Shown here piece by piece: positions 1-12,774 of a stretch of 64,000 nt of DNA. Source of the DNA: Octopus bimaculoides. Its lineage: Eukaryota. The notes beneath the pieces are model-generated. The model was given only the letters and a program-made list of their open reading frames with translations. It was not told the origin of the DNA and ran no database searches. Position numbers and translations under genes: made by a program. How positions within the stretch are numbered: the stretch's first letter is position 1; each line of letters begins with the position of its first letter. The stretch is from NCBI RefSeq assembly GCF_001194135.2, contig NC_068981.1:186366158-186430157 (forward strand), given 5' to 3'.

Positions 1-609
1 TTATTACGTTTATAAAAGGCGATAAACCTTCGTTGAGAAAGCTATTGTCTCCTCGAGGACAACATGGCGTAATTAAGAAACGTTTCATAAGCAAGCATTT
101 TCCTTAAAGGGTTAGAATTAATTTATTATTATAATGTATTCAATAATCGTTCAATAATTATTGAAATCTCCATCCAAACATTCTAATGCCAGAAGGATAA
201 GCAATCATTTGAAGGCTTTACGCATATATTACACCCGAACCCTTATAGATCTAGCTATGAAATACTGTATTCGCTAAATGCATGTGGTACCTACGGCAAA
301 ATGCAGTCCATGAGATTCTGGATGGAAACGTATAATTACTTGCAAGGGCTGTGAAGATCCGTCGGTAAATGTTTTTATTTTCATAGTCCTGAAGTGGATT
401 TCGAATTTGTCCCTTTTATGAATATTGTCATGTCAAAGAAAGAAACAATCCTCGTTTCACCAAATCTATAAATTATATTCCATTCCTTTTCAAAGCAATT
501 TCGGGTTTATTTATTCACTATTGCGTTGCTAATTCGGACAAAGTTAGGTTATAAGTGCAAACGTACATATGTATGCAACACTCTCTCTCACTCCCTCTGT
601 CTTTCTATG

Positions 610-662
610 TGTGCACACACATACATGAGCACACACGCACACACACACTCACACACACACAC

Positions 663-708
<46 letters not shown>

Positions 709-718
709 NNNNNNNNNN

Positions 719-756
<38 letters not shown>

Positions 757-764
757 GGAGAGAG

Positions 765-816
<52 letters not shown>

Positions 817-818
817 GT
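610..818. repeat. Compound microsatellite (CA)n-(GATA)n-(GT)n
   Basis: Direct reading; 10-N gap inside the GATA tract. Confidence 0.95.
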
Positions 819-1432
819 GAGTGATTGAGTGTAGTTACAACTACGTGTCACCCACTTCAGTCTCGTATTCAACCAATGAAAAAGGCTTAAGAAATAATAT
901 TGTGTTACAAAGCTAGAGTAACATACGCCTTAACTACAACCTGTGCCAACCATAGAAATCAATTGCAACTCCATAGACAATTTACTTTGGTTTAGCACAA
1001 TTGACAACATTTAAATCTCTCAAAGGAATTCTCGGGCAGATGCGTACAGCTCTATCTACTGGCTATCTTTGAATAACATTCGTTGAGTATTCTTACAGGA
1101 GTCTTTTCAATGACAATACATTACATTTGTTCCACAAAAACTTCTTTCATCTGTTCAGTAATTCAATTTTAATAGAAAGGTGAAATTTGACTAGCAAAAC
1201 CAACGCTGCATCTTCCAAAACTAATACTTTTCTTTACACAGAACTTAGGAATTAAATTTTGTCTCCTATTTACTAGTACACGCTCTTCAGATTTTTGAAG
1301 AGGACAAATTAGAATATGAAATCTGTTGTAGAATGCATGTTTAGGCCAGTTTTGCACATACACAGACAAACACACATATCTATGGGTCTGTGTGTATATA
1401 TATATATATATATATATTTATATACACTTTTG

Positions 1433-1625
1433 CTCTTTTACTTGTTTCAGTCATTTCACTGCCGCCATACTGGAGCACCGCCTTTAGTTGAACAAATCGA
1501 CCCCAGGACTTATTCTTTATAAGCCTAATACTTATTCTCTTAGTCTTTTGCCGAACCGCTAGTTACGTCAACGTAAATACACCAAAAATCGGTTGTCAAG
1601 CGATGGTGTGGAGACAAACACAAAC
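1433..1625 (-). mobile_element. SINE family A, 3' half
   Basis: Reverse complement of the 3' half of the full copies at 6132-6534 and 50849-51254 (CTTGTTTCAGTCATT...GGAGCACCGCCTTTAG...GAACCGCT...GGTTGTCAAGCGATG). It ends at a CA/TA microsatellite. Confidence 0.9.
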
Positions 1626-1647
1626 ACACAAATATATACATACATAT

Positions 1648-1697
<50 letters not shown>

Positions 1698-1800
1698 CAT
1701 TGTTATCCTTTCTCCATTTCTAACAAAACTGTCCGATGAACGGGAACGTGAAACTCAGAGTAACGGTTTTTTTGTTATATTTCTGCTGCTTTTAAATAAA

Positions 1801-1848
<48 letters not shown>

Positions 1849-2132
1849 NNNNNNNNNNNNNNNNNNNNNNNNNNNNNNNNNNNNNNNNNNNNNNNNNNNN
1901 NNNNNNNNNNNNNNNNNNNNNNNNNNNNNNNNNNNNNNNNNNNNNNNNNNNNNNNNNNNNNNNNNNNNNNNNNNNNNNNNNNNNNNNNNNNNNNNNNNNN
2001 NNNNNNNNNNNNNNNNNNNNNNNNNNNNNNNNNNNNNNNNNNNNNNNNNNNNNNNNNNNNNNNNNNNNNNNNNNNNNNNNNNNNNNNNNNNNNNNNNNNN
2101 NNNNNNNNNNNNNNNNNNNNNNNNNNNNNNNN

Positions 2133-2178
<46 letters not shown>

Positions 2179-2672
2179 CATATATATACATATATAATAT
2201 ATAGATATATGCTTATATATAACATACCAATATGATTATGTGTATGATATATATGTACTTATAAATGTCATATACACACACATGTATATATATATATATA
2301 TATGCCATATATATGTATGGTTATATATATACATATACACACATGTATGGCTGCATATATCATACATATATATACTTACATATATCATGTATATGGAAGG
2401 TTCTCTTAAACTACCTTTGCAACGTCCACACATTGTTGCATCTATTAAAACTGTGATCCATCAATTAACTTTTATATAACCAATGCAGCCTACTTGGAAC
2501 TCGTCTGATGTTTCTAATAATGCTTCATTTCTTTAACTATATTCTTTTTTTGTTTCTGAATTTTCCAAATTGCAACAGTAATTGATGGACCCTGTACATG
2601 TATACACACACACACACACACAGAGATAAATAGATGGATGGATGGATTTGTATAAACGTACATAAACATATA

Positions 2673-2721
<49 letters not shown>

Positions 2722-3069
2722 NNNNNNNNNNNNNNNNNNNNNNNNNNNNNNNNNNNNNNNNNNNNNNNNNNNNNNNNNNNNNNNNNNNNNNNNNNNNNNN
2801 NNNNNNNNNNNNNNNNNNNNNNNNNNNNNNNNNNNNNNNNNNNNNNNNNNNNNNNNNNNNNNNNNNNNNNNNNNNNNNNNNNNNNNNNNNNNNNNNNNNN
2901 NNNNNNNNNNNNNNNNNNNNNNNNNNNNNNNNNNNNNNNNNNNNNNNNNNNNNNNNNNNNNNNNNNNNNNNNNNNNNNNNNNNNNNNNNNNNNNNNNNNN
3001 NNNNNNNNNNNNNNNNNNNNNNNTGTGGTCACCGCTTTCAACAAACACTTACACAGATGTTTGGATGGT

Positions 3070-3520
3070 AAATTCGAAAACCATCTTTATTTAGGTTGTG
3101 AATAGTCGTTCAATTTGCCAAGGGTATTGAGTGTGTCGAATTATTACCTCATCTGCTTTTCATGCAGGTATTGTACCGGCTAACATCATTTTCTCCGCAT
3201 TTCAACATCAGAACATAAAGAAACTAATATCAAATAAATTAGAAGCTATTTCTTTAAAAGCTCTAGTTTGTAGCCATGTTTTTCTTAGTATACTTCATAT
3301 GTCAAATTTAAATGTCACCTTTTACTCGTTTCCAACGAAGGAGGTCGATTCAACTCTATTACGAATGCATTATTCTCCGAAGTCAAAGCTAAAGGCGGAA
3401 ATATTTGTTGGTCAGCGTATACATAATTTGCTTACCACTTACCAACAATATATCGTACATCAACCAGTCCAACGTGTTTTTTGGCGGCTTATCAACGTAG
3501 CTGGTACATAAGAAAGCATT
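3070..3520 (-). mobile_element. Possible heavily decayed RTE-like LINE reverse-transcriptase N-terminal relic
   Basis: Manual minus-strand translation gives VIELNRPPSLETSKR*...EKHGYKLELLKK, resembling the RTE segment ELDxPPxLEEVxxA...GxDGIxAELLK. Many stops and frameshifts. Confidence 0.3.
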
Positions 3521-4331
3521 ACATAGCTGTAACCGCCTCCTCAATGCCTTCTCTCAAAGCTGGCATGGAATGCAATTCTATACTGTGCTAATAAGAAATT
3601 AATGCAATGATTGAATATAACGTATTTGATTAGTATGAGCAGCATGCCTGATGGTTATCCCCACCACTTTTGTTGTTTGCATATGATTTGATATTGATTA
3701 CTTCGTTGTTTCCTACTTCCTTCAAACAGCATTTCAAAGAATTCCCCAGCCTATTTTCCTTTTGCTTAGAGAAATCTAATACACGTACTTTCAGTCATAA
3801 GCAGCCAACCGCCCTCCCCAATGGTTTCCGTCCGCAAATCTAACATAGACAAAGAAAGTAATTATTTGTTCTTTCCTTAACTCTCTACCAACGTAGTAAA
3901 CAGTCGTGATGTTCGACATAAACATAGCACAAAGACTAAAAGTAATGTGGTGATGGCTGCCTAATAGAAGCGATGGTAGTGGCGGCGGAAGCAGCGGTAA
4001 TGACTGGCGGTTCTGGTGGTGGCATTGGCTGGAGGCTCTGGTGGTGGTGAAGGTGTGTCGAAGAGATGCTTTTGTTTTTTTCTTCAGTATATTTGTCCCA
4101 CTATTATTATTATTATTATTTTTTATTGATTGCTGCCCTTTATCCAATTAGTATTCCTAACTGAAACGTTTGGTTTGTGATCTATCAGAGTTTTGTTTAT
4201 GTTGAAGTAATTCTTTTTGCCTCTTATTTATAGCTGAATACGTTCATCACCTATATGAGACTTCACATCTTTTTTGCCGACAAATTATCGATAGTTATCG
4301 ATTATACATACATTCACAGATGTATATGTAG

Positions 4332-4332
<1 letters not shown>

Positions 4333-4387
<55 letters not shown>

Positions 4388-4644
4388 TAGATAGATAGAT
4401 AGATGCATATATACATATATATATGTATATATATATATACACACATATATATACATACATACATATATATATATATATACAAATATATATAGATACATAT
4501 ATATAAACATAAATATATATTCATATACAAACATACATATACATATATATACATACATTATATATTCATATATATATGTATGTATATATATGTGTGTATA
4601 TATATATATATATATACATATATATATGTATATATGCATCTATA

Positions 4645-4690
<46 letters not shown>

Positions 4691-4760
4691 TCTATATAAA
4701 TGCATACATTATATATATATATACATATTTATGCACATATATATGTGTATATGTATGTAT
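4333..4760. repeat. Compound and degenerate (TA)n-(GA)n-(GATA)n-(TA/TG)n low-complexity tract
   Basis: Direct reading. Confidence 0.95.
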
Positions 4761-5086
4761 GTATTTCGTTTTTGGATTTGGTTTGCAAGATTCTTTATGT
4801 GAGTTCGTGTGTTGAAGCATATTCTGTTATGTCAGGGGAGAGTCATTTTCTTTTTGTGCCTTATATTTTAACACACTCACCGGTAAAATTTCCACTTATC
4901 CCTTATTTCTTTTTTTTAAATTTTTATTCTAAGAAAATTTTAGGTAAATAGAAATAAGGAATAAGAGGAAATTTTACCGGTGAGTGTGTTAAAGTATAAG
5001 GCACAAACAGAAAATGACACTCCCCAGACACAACAGTATATGTATGCATTTTTATATGTATATATTTGTATACATTACGTATTTAG

Positions 5087-5124
<38 letters not shown>

Positions 5125-5577
5125 NNNNNNNNNNATATATGCATACACGTAAGCATATTTGGATATGTGTGTCTGTATATATGTAAACAGAGAGAAGAAC
5201 AGAAGAAATATAAGAGGTTTCAAAAGACGACTACATGTATTTTGTAGTGGATCCACATATGTATGTGTGCGTGCGCGCACATCATAGTCATTATGAAATG
5301 AAAACCAGGAACAAGGAAAGTATTGTGAATGATGTTAGCAAATATATCTTGCCCCTTTTTCCACACAAATTATATTTTGTGTCTCATTACAACCATAACA
5401 ATTCTATTATTATTCTATTCGTAAACAGGTTACTTTATAACAATACTGATGAAGAAATTGTACATAATTGCTGTTTCAACTATTTACTCCGCATATTTGA
5501 AAGAAACGTTTGACTACAGCAACATAAGAGCTCTCACTGTAACTCAAAATCGCGACCTTTTGTCCGATGCTCTAAGA

Positions 5578-5640
5578 CAGGGGTGGGGAAACTTTTTATA
5601 GAGCGGTGGGCAAAAATTTCCAAAGAAAATGGTCTGCAGA
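5578..5640 (+). mobile_element. Possible solitary hAT(Charlie)-like terminus
   Basis: CAGGGGTGGGGAAACTT resembles hAT-Charlie TIRs and is preceded by CTCTAAGA (Charlie target NTCTAGAN). I found no matching second TIR. Confidence 0.25.
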
Positions 5641-6131
5641 CATATCACAAGTTCTAACGCTTCTATCTGTGTATATCTTGTATATACTTATGTATAATTC
5701 GATATCTATACATATATAAACGGCAATCTGTTTGGTTGTCTGTGTCAAATTGCTGTCTACACCCGTTATCGAATCTTCGTGAAACTTTTTATACATGTTA
5801 AACCAACATTCAGTTTGTTACTAGGTCTGTTGTAGTTTAATAAAAATCTATAACTGGACGGCTAAGGCCCCTAGAAGGCGTCCAGATATAAGCCATCTAT
5901 TTTCCTTTAACGGCCGAGGGGAAATAACCCATTCATTTTTCTTTTCTTTTTGTCTTTTGCATACTGGTCATTTCTTCCTCCATTTATTAGTGACCGCTTG
6001 CCAGTGGTTACGTTGTATAAATACATGTCCGGCAAAAATAAATTTTGGAATTTATACCTATCACAATGGAGTACCATTGACATACATAGTGATATGAATA
6101 TTCCTGACTGAAAACAAAATGTAATGATATA

Positions 6132-6534
6132 GGCGCAGCAGGGGTTATGTGGTTAGTAGCTTGCTTAACAACCACATGGTTCCGTGTTCAGTCCCACTGT
6201 GTGGAACCTTGGGCAAGTGTCTTCTACTATAGCCTAGGGCCGACCAAAGCCTTGTGAGTGGATTTGGTAGACGGAAACTGAAAGAAGCCCGTCGTATATA
6301 TGTATACATATATGTGTGTGTATATGTTTGTGTCTGTGTTTGTCCCGCCAACATCGCTTGACAACCGATGCTGGTGTGTTTACGTCCGCGTAACATAGCG
6401 GTTCGGCAAACGAGACCGATAGAATAAGTACTAGGCTTCCAAAGAATAGGTCCTGGGGTCGATTTGCTCGACTAAAGGCGGTGCTACTGGATGGCCACAG
6501 TCAAATGACTGAAACAAGTAAAATAGTAAAAGTG
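6132..6534 (+). mobile_element. SINE family A, full length (tRNA-derived head, CORE-like segment, internal TA/TG microsatellite, 3' stem-loop tail)
   Basis: A-box-like GGTTATGTGG and B-box-like GTTCAGTCCC; CCTTGGGCAAGTGTCTT resembles the CORE-SINE motif; tail CAGTCAAATGACTGAAACAAGTAAAA. Collinear with 50849-51254. Confidence 0.92.
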
Positions 6535-6739
6535 TATATGGATAATCTTGATTGTATGGTTTTATTTTTCTCTGTTTACTACTAGGCATAGTTTTAAATT
6601 GCTCGTACTTTTTACGCCAATTTCATTACGCCATTTACGCCATTAACATTAAAATGCCTTCCAGCAGCTCTATTGCCACGTTCAAATGCATATTCAACAC
6701 ATTTAATTTCTCCTTCGCAGTAAACGATTCATAAGGTCT

Positions 6740-7506
6740 GCCCACACTGACAATTTAATAAAATATAATCCTAAGTAAATGAAACTATGCTAAATAAAAC
6801 TAAATTGGAAACATATTTCCCCTGGCCATATTGGCAATTCTGAAAACTTTCGGGTGCGAATTTTACATGAGAAGAAGCTATTTTTCAACAAATTTTATCC
6901 TGAAGATCAAATTACATGGGATTTTACCGTATTTGTACTGCTACAGTTATTTTTGCACTTTACCCAGAACAACCCTCAAACAAGTAAATAGTATTTTCCT
7001 TAGCAATAGATCCACTTATCTCGGTTAGTGACTTATTTACCAATATACCATGAATGACGATGCATTTCATGTCACTTCAGTCAATTTGAGAAGCGCTGCA
7101 TGAAGAACTTTTCAGACTTACTTTGAATTGCTATTATCTCATATCCGATTTGCCTGTTATTACGTAACAAGTTTCACGATTTTGGCTTACATACCTTATT
7201 GGTGTTTCCTCCTAAGTTCTATATATTCTGTGAACGCATTAAAGCCCTTTTCAGAACTACTTTATTTGAATTGCTACTATCGGGTAGCTAAGTTGCATGT
7301 TATTACGTAACTAACTTCACGATTTTGGTATTCATAACTTATTGAGATTTCCCTAAAAAATAGTTTCTGTAAATAGTTTCTGTAAATGCACAAAAACCGT
7401 TTTAATAGCAACATACTTTGTATTGTTGCTATTGGATTAACGAACTTATGAAAACGGGACCAGGGTATAAGCCCCCTTTCCGGGAATTACCGAGTACGCC
7501 AGCTAG
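6740..7506 (+). mobile_element. Possible non-autonomous Helitron-like relic (3' end) with internal tandem duplication
   Basis: Ends CCGGGAATTACCGAG-TACGCCAG-CTAG|T (weak hairpin, then CTAG, then T), like Helitron 3' ends. It contains a ~140-bp tandem pair. The 5' end is not defined. Confidence 0.3.
7111..7385. repeat. Two-copy ~140-bp tandem duplication
   Basis: TTCAGA...TTTGAATTGCTA...TGTTATTACGTAAC...TTCACGATTTTGG...TTATTG occurs at 7111-7250 and again at about 7250-7385. Confidence 0.8.
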
Positions 7507-7584
7507 TACATTAATAAAGGTAAGTTTAAAACATTAAATTAACGAGTAACATCTTCATTAACGCCGCCAAAGAATTTAGGACGT

Positions 7585-7745
7585 TTTTATTACTTATGAG
7601 GTATTCTATACTTTTCGGCTGGAGTGTAGTTGGGTCTCAAGACACCTGATGAAAGCTGGGGGGTTATATCAGCCGAAACGTTGAGTTAACAACAAAGAGA
7701 ATGAGGACAAATATCCGTCAAATGTAAAAAATGTAAATAAATAAT
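7585..7745 (+). mobile_element. Penelope-like element terminal (pLTR) fragment
   Basis: Carries the hammerhead motif at 7641-7687, followed by AACAACAAAGAGAATGAGGACAAATATCCGTCAAATGTAAA and an AAAT-rich end. Confidence 0.6.
7641..7687 (+). ncRNA. Minimal type-I hammerhead ribozyme motif (ACGU helix III)
   Basis: GACAC|CUGAUGA(7646-7652)|A|helix II GCUG/CAGC with an A-C mismatch at its base|GAA(7675-7677)|ACGU|U|GAGUU. Helix I pairs at 4 of 5 positions. Confidence 0.65.
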
Positions 7746-8148
7746 AAATTTGTATCATATTTTGATGATAATCAGAGTTATGAGTGAAAGATGTTCATGT
7801 GTAAATAGAAGGGGATTGTGTCAAGATGAAGGAGTGAGTTGACCCATCCATATGACATCCTAAATTGGGTAAAATTGTGTTTATAGGTTAGTATATTCGG
7901 AAGATTTACAAAGAAGAAATCGATCTAAAATGCAAGATGAGATCGACTTAGTCAGTCACGTCTTGAAAATCCAGGGTAATTATAAATGGTGGCGGTTGTG
8001 TTGTGGGAAAACGTTTAAAGGTATCATTACAATAAAATTCCACTTACTATTGAGTTGTTTACGCATGAAGGCGTGCCGCTCGCTAAATCATACATATTTT
8101 ACCTGACATTTAATTTCAAATAACGTAAAATATGTGCGTGCGTATGAC

Positions 8149-8191
8149 TCTGTGTGTGTGTGTGTGTGCGTGTGTGTGTGTGTGTGTGTGT

Positions 8192-8238
<47 letters not shown>
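8149..8238. repeat. (TG)n microsatellite
   Basis: Direct reading. Confidence 0.95.
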
Positions 8239-8239
<1 letters not shown>

Positions 8240-8649
8240 TACTGCGTTTGACTTAAGACATTTATATAGGTGAATCACATTTTTCAACACGTGGAATACA
8301 ATATTTTCATGGAGATACTGACTGGCTATATGAAAAAAAAAAAAAAAGGCATGTTGATCGGAATGATACGTGAGACAGGAGACCGAGAGAAGCAATAGAA
8401 GGTGTTGGCAGTGTATATAGTACAGAAGACTGATGTTTTATTGATAATTATTGTATCTTAGATGAAATATGAAGCCAACATTGAAGCTTGGCTATAGCTT
8501 TCTATCACGACCAAAACGCCTTTGATATAGCATTCAGCATGATTCTATCATACGATACGTATATCTGTGTGTGATCTGATAAAAGATATATATTAAATAA
8601 ATGTTGTGATGAATGGGATATCAGACATGTCAAATCTATGCAAGAAAAT

Positions 8650-10287
8650 AGATAAACGGTCAATTGCTTACTGTCTGGTTATAGAACTTTCTAGAAATGA
8701 TTATGCATAAAGTCGTGATTATTAAATTACCAATAGTAGTCGAGACAAATGAAAATTAATTGATTGAAAGACAATCACTGTTAAGATAGGTTAACGGGAT
8801 CAGACAATCAGACAACTCACAAAAGAAATGATACAGTTTTCAGATTTTTAATACGATAGGCTTGACGTCTACGTCGTCAAAGGGGAGAAAAATAGGAAAA
8901 TATGGCGATTATTGATATGGAATATTTCAGGCAGGAAAAGTCAGCGTGAAAATCTGAGTGGTATCAAATGCTGGAATTCAAATACATGAAAGGAAGAAGG
9001 AAAGGTTGTGTCAAAGGAGTTTAGTATGTGTATTCATGTATAGAAGATTTTATTGCAGGAAAGTGAAACGCTGATAAGCAATACTATTTACGTACTTGTC
9101 CGAAAACTGAAAGAAAATATAAGAAATAACTGACGCTTTTATTTTTCTGGACTTGGAAAACTGATTAGGTGTAAAATTGTAGTGAAATTCCGTAATATCA
9201 GCAATGTGAGAATTAACCAAAAAAGAAAAATGAAGAATGTGATATAATGAATGCCTGAATAATATAACTCACAGGTATTAAACGTCTTACACATGATTAG
9301 CACTCACATAATATACTGACAAAAAATAAGACAGGCGTGCAAATGAGGTGTTTATGTAACAAAACAAAATAAAATAGAGTGGAATGACCTTTGCAATGCA
9401 AACTAAATGAAACAATCTTTGAAAGTACAAGATATATTTATAATGAATGTATTACACGTTATTATTAACACGTTATATATATAGGTTAAATAACATATAC
9501 ATATAAGACGGAACTGATATACACTAGGAAAGGATAAAATATAAACAAGATGCATGCAAACATTCAGATATTTATTAACTAAACCCTCAAACCAAAGAGA
9601 AAAACCATATATTACATATAACTAATGAAAGGTGAAAGAATTAACCTCATATAGCAAAACAGAGAAGAGGGAACAAACATAAAAATGATGTGAAATAACT
9701 AAAATGTTTAGGTATTTAGTGAAGACATATGAGTAAGCAAAAAGAAACAATCACGCAGATCTTAGCAGAATAAAATGCAGAATAAGACGCTTGGAAACGT
9801 GTCAACTCCTTCCAATATAAAAAAAGAATAAGGAATGTAATTGCATCGAATACCAAATGAATTTATCGATATTTAGATAAAAGTGCATAACCCTTGAAGA
9901 CAGCAACACAAACAGTAGTTCAAGACGAGGAAATATTAAAAAAGAATAATTCTACAGAATAGTCAAACTAATATTAAAACTGAACCATATATTAGATAAA
10001 AGTTAATAAGCATAAATACGCTAATCCTAATTACAAAATAGAGCTGCAGGATAATAGACTGAATGTCAAGAGAATCGAAGGCATCATAGAAGTAAGCCAG
10101 TATTAAACCAGAACCTCAAAACTGATATAAATACAATATACCTACCCTCGTACAGAGATGATGGTGTTTGCACTCTCGCCCTTCTGTTACCCGTATCAAG
10201 ACTCATTGATAAGAGGCATCCAAAGAAAGTCAAACAATACAGTTCTGGGGATATAATACAGTACGACCAAGAAACTGACAATAATGC
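8650..10287 (+). mobile_element. R4/Dong-clade LINE relic, N-terminal part of ORF
   Basis: Frameshifted fragments in the expected order: SGYRTF, IT..RLT.DQ.IRQ..FSDF (~8780-8850), ETITQILAE/CRIRR/NTK*IYRYLDK (~9745-9885), FWG.I..DQETDNNAF (~10230-10290). These parallel R4-type GYR, EQRLADQ, LKQ..R.RRY..N.KRFY and FW..IW segments. Confidence 0.5.
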
Positions 10288-10410
10288 TTTCAAAATTTGG
10301 CACAAGCCCAGTAACTTCAACTGGTACCTATGTTTTCGATCCCGAAAGGATGAAAGGCAAAGTCGACGTCTGCGGAATTTGAACTCAGAACGTAAAGAAG
10401 GACGAAGTGC
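10288..10410 (-). mobile_element. SINE family B, partial
   Basis: GATCCCGAAAGGATGAAAGGCAAAGTCGAC...GGAATTTGAACTCAGAACGTAAAG, matching the other B copies. Confidence 0.85.
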
Positions 10411-10533
10411 CCCTAATAAAAAATAATGATAATAATAATAATAATGATAATAAATGATAATTATTACAGGTAGTAACCTGCTGTCCTCATGATTCCTACC
10501 AGGAATAAGGCCGAACCTGAGCTGAACCAAGCT

Positions 10534-10702
10534 AACCCTTTCTTAATTTGGCTCAAGGTCAACGAATTTTAGACGTTGGGATGTCGATTTAGATCGACGC
10601 CAGGTAATTATTTTATCGACTCAGAAATTTGAACTGAGAATGTCGGAAGAATGCTACCAAGCAATTTGCCCGACGTACTAAGCTTCTACCAGTTTGCTGC
10701 AT
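10534..10702 (-). mobile_element. SINE family B, internally deleted
   Basis: GTCGATTTAGATCGAC...TTTTATCGAC...AATTTGAACTGAGAA...TTTGCCCGACGT...CCAGTTTGCTGC. Confidence 0.75.
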
Positions 10703-10714
10703 TTAAATGGTATT

Positions 10715-10917
10715 ACATTTTGGCACAAGGCCAGCAGTCTTTGGCGGGATGAATAATTCGATAGCATCAACACAAGTACTTGACTCATACCTTATCTTAT
10801 CAATCCCAAAATGATGCAAGATTAATTTGACTCCGACGGGATTTGCACCTTGAACATTAAGAACCGAAAAAGTTATTTTCTCTCTCCCTGTAACAATCTC
10901 GTCAATGCTCCGCCCTT
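10715..10917 (-). mobile_element. SINE family B, diverged
   Basis: TTTTGGCACAAGGCCAGCA tail followed by a degenerate body. Confidence 0.7.
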
Positions 10918-11029
10918 CTTTCAGGAATGATAAAGAAAAGAGACGGAAATACAAAATCGATAATTATTGATCACCTGCCAAAGCTACACACAAACAAGCA
11001 GGTTCTGCCAAAGAATAAATAAATGCAAC

Positions 11030-12045
11030 AGAGCCCTGGAAGAAATTCTTTCCATTATCCGAACAGTCTGATCTGTTCTTTAATGTTCACAGCATTAAAA
11101 GAGAGCGGATTTGATATTAATTGAATGAGGTCGCTTCCAGCAACAAAAAGAAAATGGAAAGAAAATATACAGCATAAAGAAAATGTATAGCCTTAACCCT
11201 AGTGAAATGAGGACAAATAAACTCAATAACTGTGATGTATAATATAAATATTTAGCAAATATATCGCAAAGACCGTCTAGAAGTAAAGATGAAAAGGTTA
11301 AACAAATTTTAAGGACAAAGCTATGCAGGTTAAGATTTTTTGAGAAACATAAGTGTTCTGCCGCTGAAAATAGAGTTGTTGAATCAAATACCAAAAGATA
11401 TCTCAAAGATGTAGCTTAAAACTGCTAAGAAGAGGAAATAGTAAGTATAATGTCACTGACAGTATTTGTCCACTGTTATGGAAATTATGAATACATTTTG
11501 CATTCATTATAAACTACAAGTACCTACTAAAGTAAATGGAACTGGCAAATTGCTCAAAAATTGCTGATTTAAAACTTATATGGTTATTGGAGTAGAAAAC
11601 ATTATTTGTTCCTTAAAACAAAATCACCAGCTCGGGCACGGAAAAACTATGGATCTCTAAGATATTTTTTCAAAAATATACGAAGACTCTACAACAGAGC
11701 TGGTTATTATCTGGAAAGCAGTAACATACAAGAAGCGTAAAAAAATGCTATAAAGAGTAGCTACAATAAAAACATGTGAAAAAACGGAAAATAAGTGTTT
11801 GGTTCTGAAATAGCTTTTGGATATTAAAGATACTCGACATATATAAAGTGGCTCCAGTTCAAAAGCTTTGTCCTTCTATCTATAATTTCATGTCAACATA
11901 CAAAATAAATATATTGATAACGCAAAGAGGGGGTAAATTCGGTCCTATATGTACTGAGGAGCCCTTCAGAGAAGTCTTTTATCCCTACTCCTCTTTATAT
12001 GGCCCTGAATAACATATCTACTGAATAAAACAACTAATGTTAGTA
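11030..12045 (+). pseudogene. Second R4/Dong-clade LINE relic including reverse-transcriptase motifs
   Basis: EPWKK, KRADL, KQILRTKLCRLRFFEK...ESNTKRYLK, then WILKILDIYKVAP...NFMSTYKINILITQRGGKFGPI (from 11818), and after a frameshift QRSLLSLLLFIWP*ITYLLNKT. Compare R4 RT WILKCLEMYKI and FQGDSLSPLLFCLALNPLSxLLN. Multiple stops and deletions. Confidence 0.7.
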
Positions 12046-12049
12046 GATG

Positions 12050-12215
12050 CTATCGACCGATAAGGTGACGAGAAAGTATTGGCTATGAGACCTATCATTT
12101 GATTTTCAACTTCGGAAGCGTGAAATCAAAATTGACTTCGGCAGTATTTCAAATCAGAACCGCAACAAGAGCGAGAATGCATTTTATCCGACGCTCTAAT
12201 GACTTAGTTTATCCA
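12050..12215 (-). mobile_element. SINE family B, highly diverged
   Basis: TATCGACC...GAAATCAAAATTGACTTCGGCAG..TTTCAAATCAGAAC...GCATTTTATCCGACGCTCTAATGA. Confidence 0.55.
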
Positions 12216-12459
12216 ATTCGCATATTAGCTATACAGACAGAGATACATTGACGAAAATAGCGCCACAAATATTTGTAGTGTTCATACCGTCTCACGCAAC
12301 ATGCTTACCGCGTAACATTATAGTGAACGTCAAACACGTTTACTTACTTGGGTGTGTTTTGCAAAATGTGCCAAGCTCTTCCTGGAAGACAGGATACTCT
12401 TTATCTAACTCTCAGCCCATGAACGCTGTGAAATAGTAATAAAATTAGCTGTAAAATAC

Positions 12460-12499
<40 letters not shown>

Positions 12500-12711
12500 N
12501 NNNNNNNNNNNNNNNNNNNNNNNNNNNNNNNNNNNNNNNNNNNNNNNNNNNNNNNNNNNNNNNNNNNNNNNNNNNNNNNNNNNNNNNNNNNNNNNNNNNN
12601 NNNNNNNNNNNNNNNNNNNNNNNNNNNNNNNNNNNNNNNNNNNNNNNNNNNNNNNNNNNNNNNNNNNNNNNNNNNNNNNNNNNNNNNNNNNNNNNNNNNN
12701 NNNNNNNNNNN

Positions 12712-12774
<63 letters not shown>

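Noticed and set aside
3950-4060. GC-rich Gly/Pro-encoding stretch
   Set aside because: Degenerate GGT/GGC repeat with no splice context or homology.
5445-5512. CTGATGA ... GAAACGTT resembling a hammerhead
   Set aside because: No helix II closing onto GAAA, and poor helix I.
8407-8415. TGGCAGTGT (miR-34 5' end)
   Set aside because: The rest of the mature sequence and the hairpin are absent.
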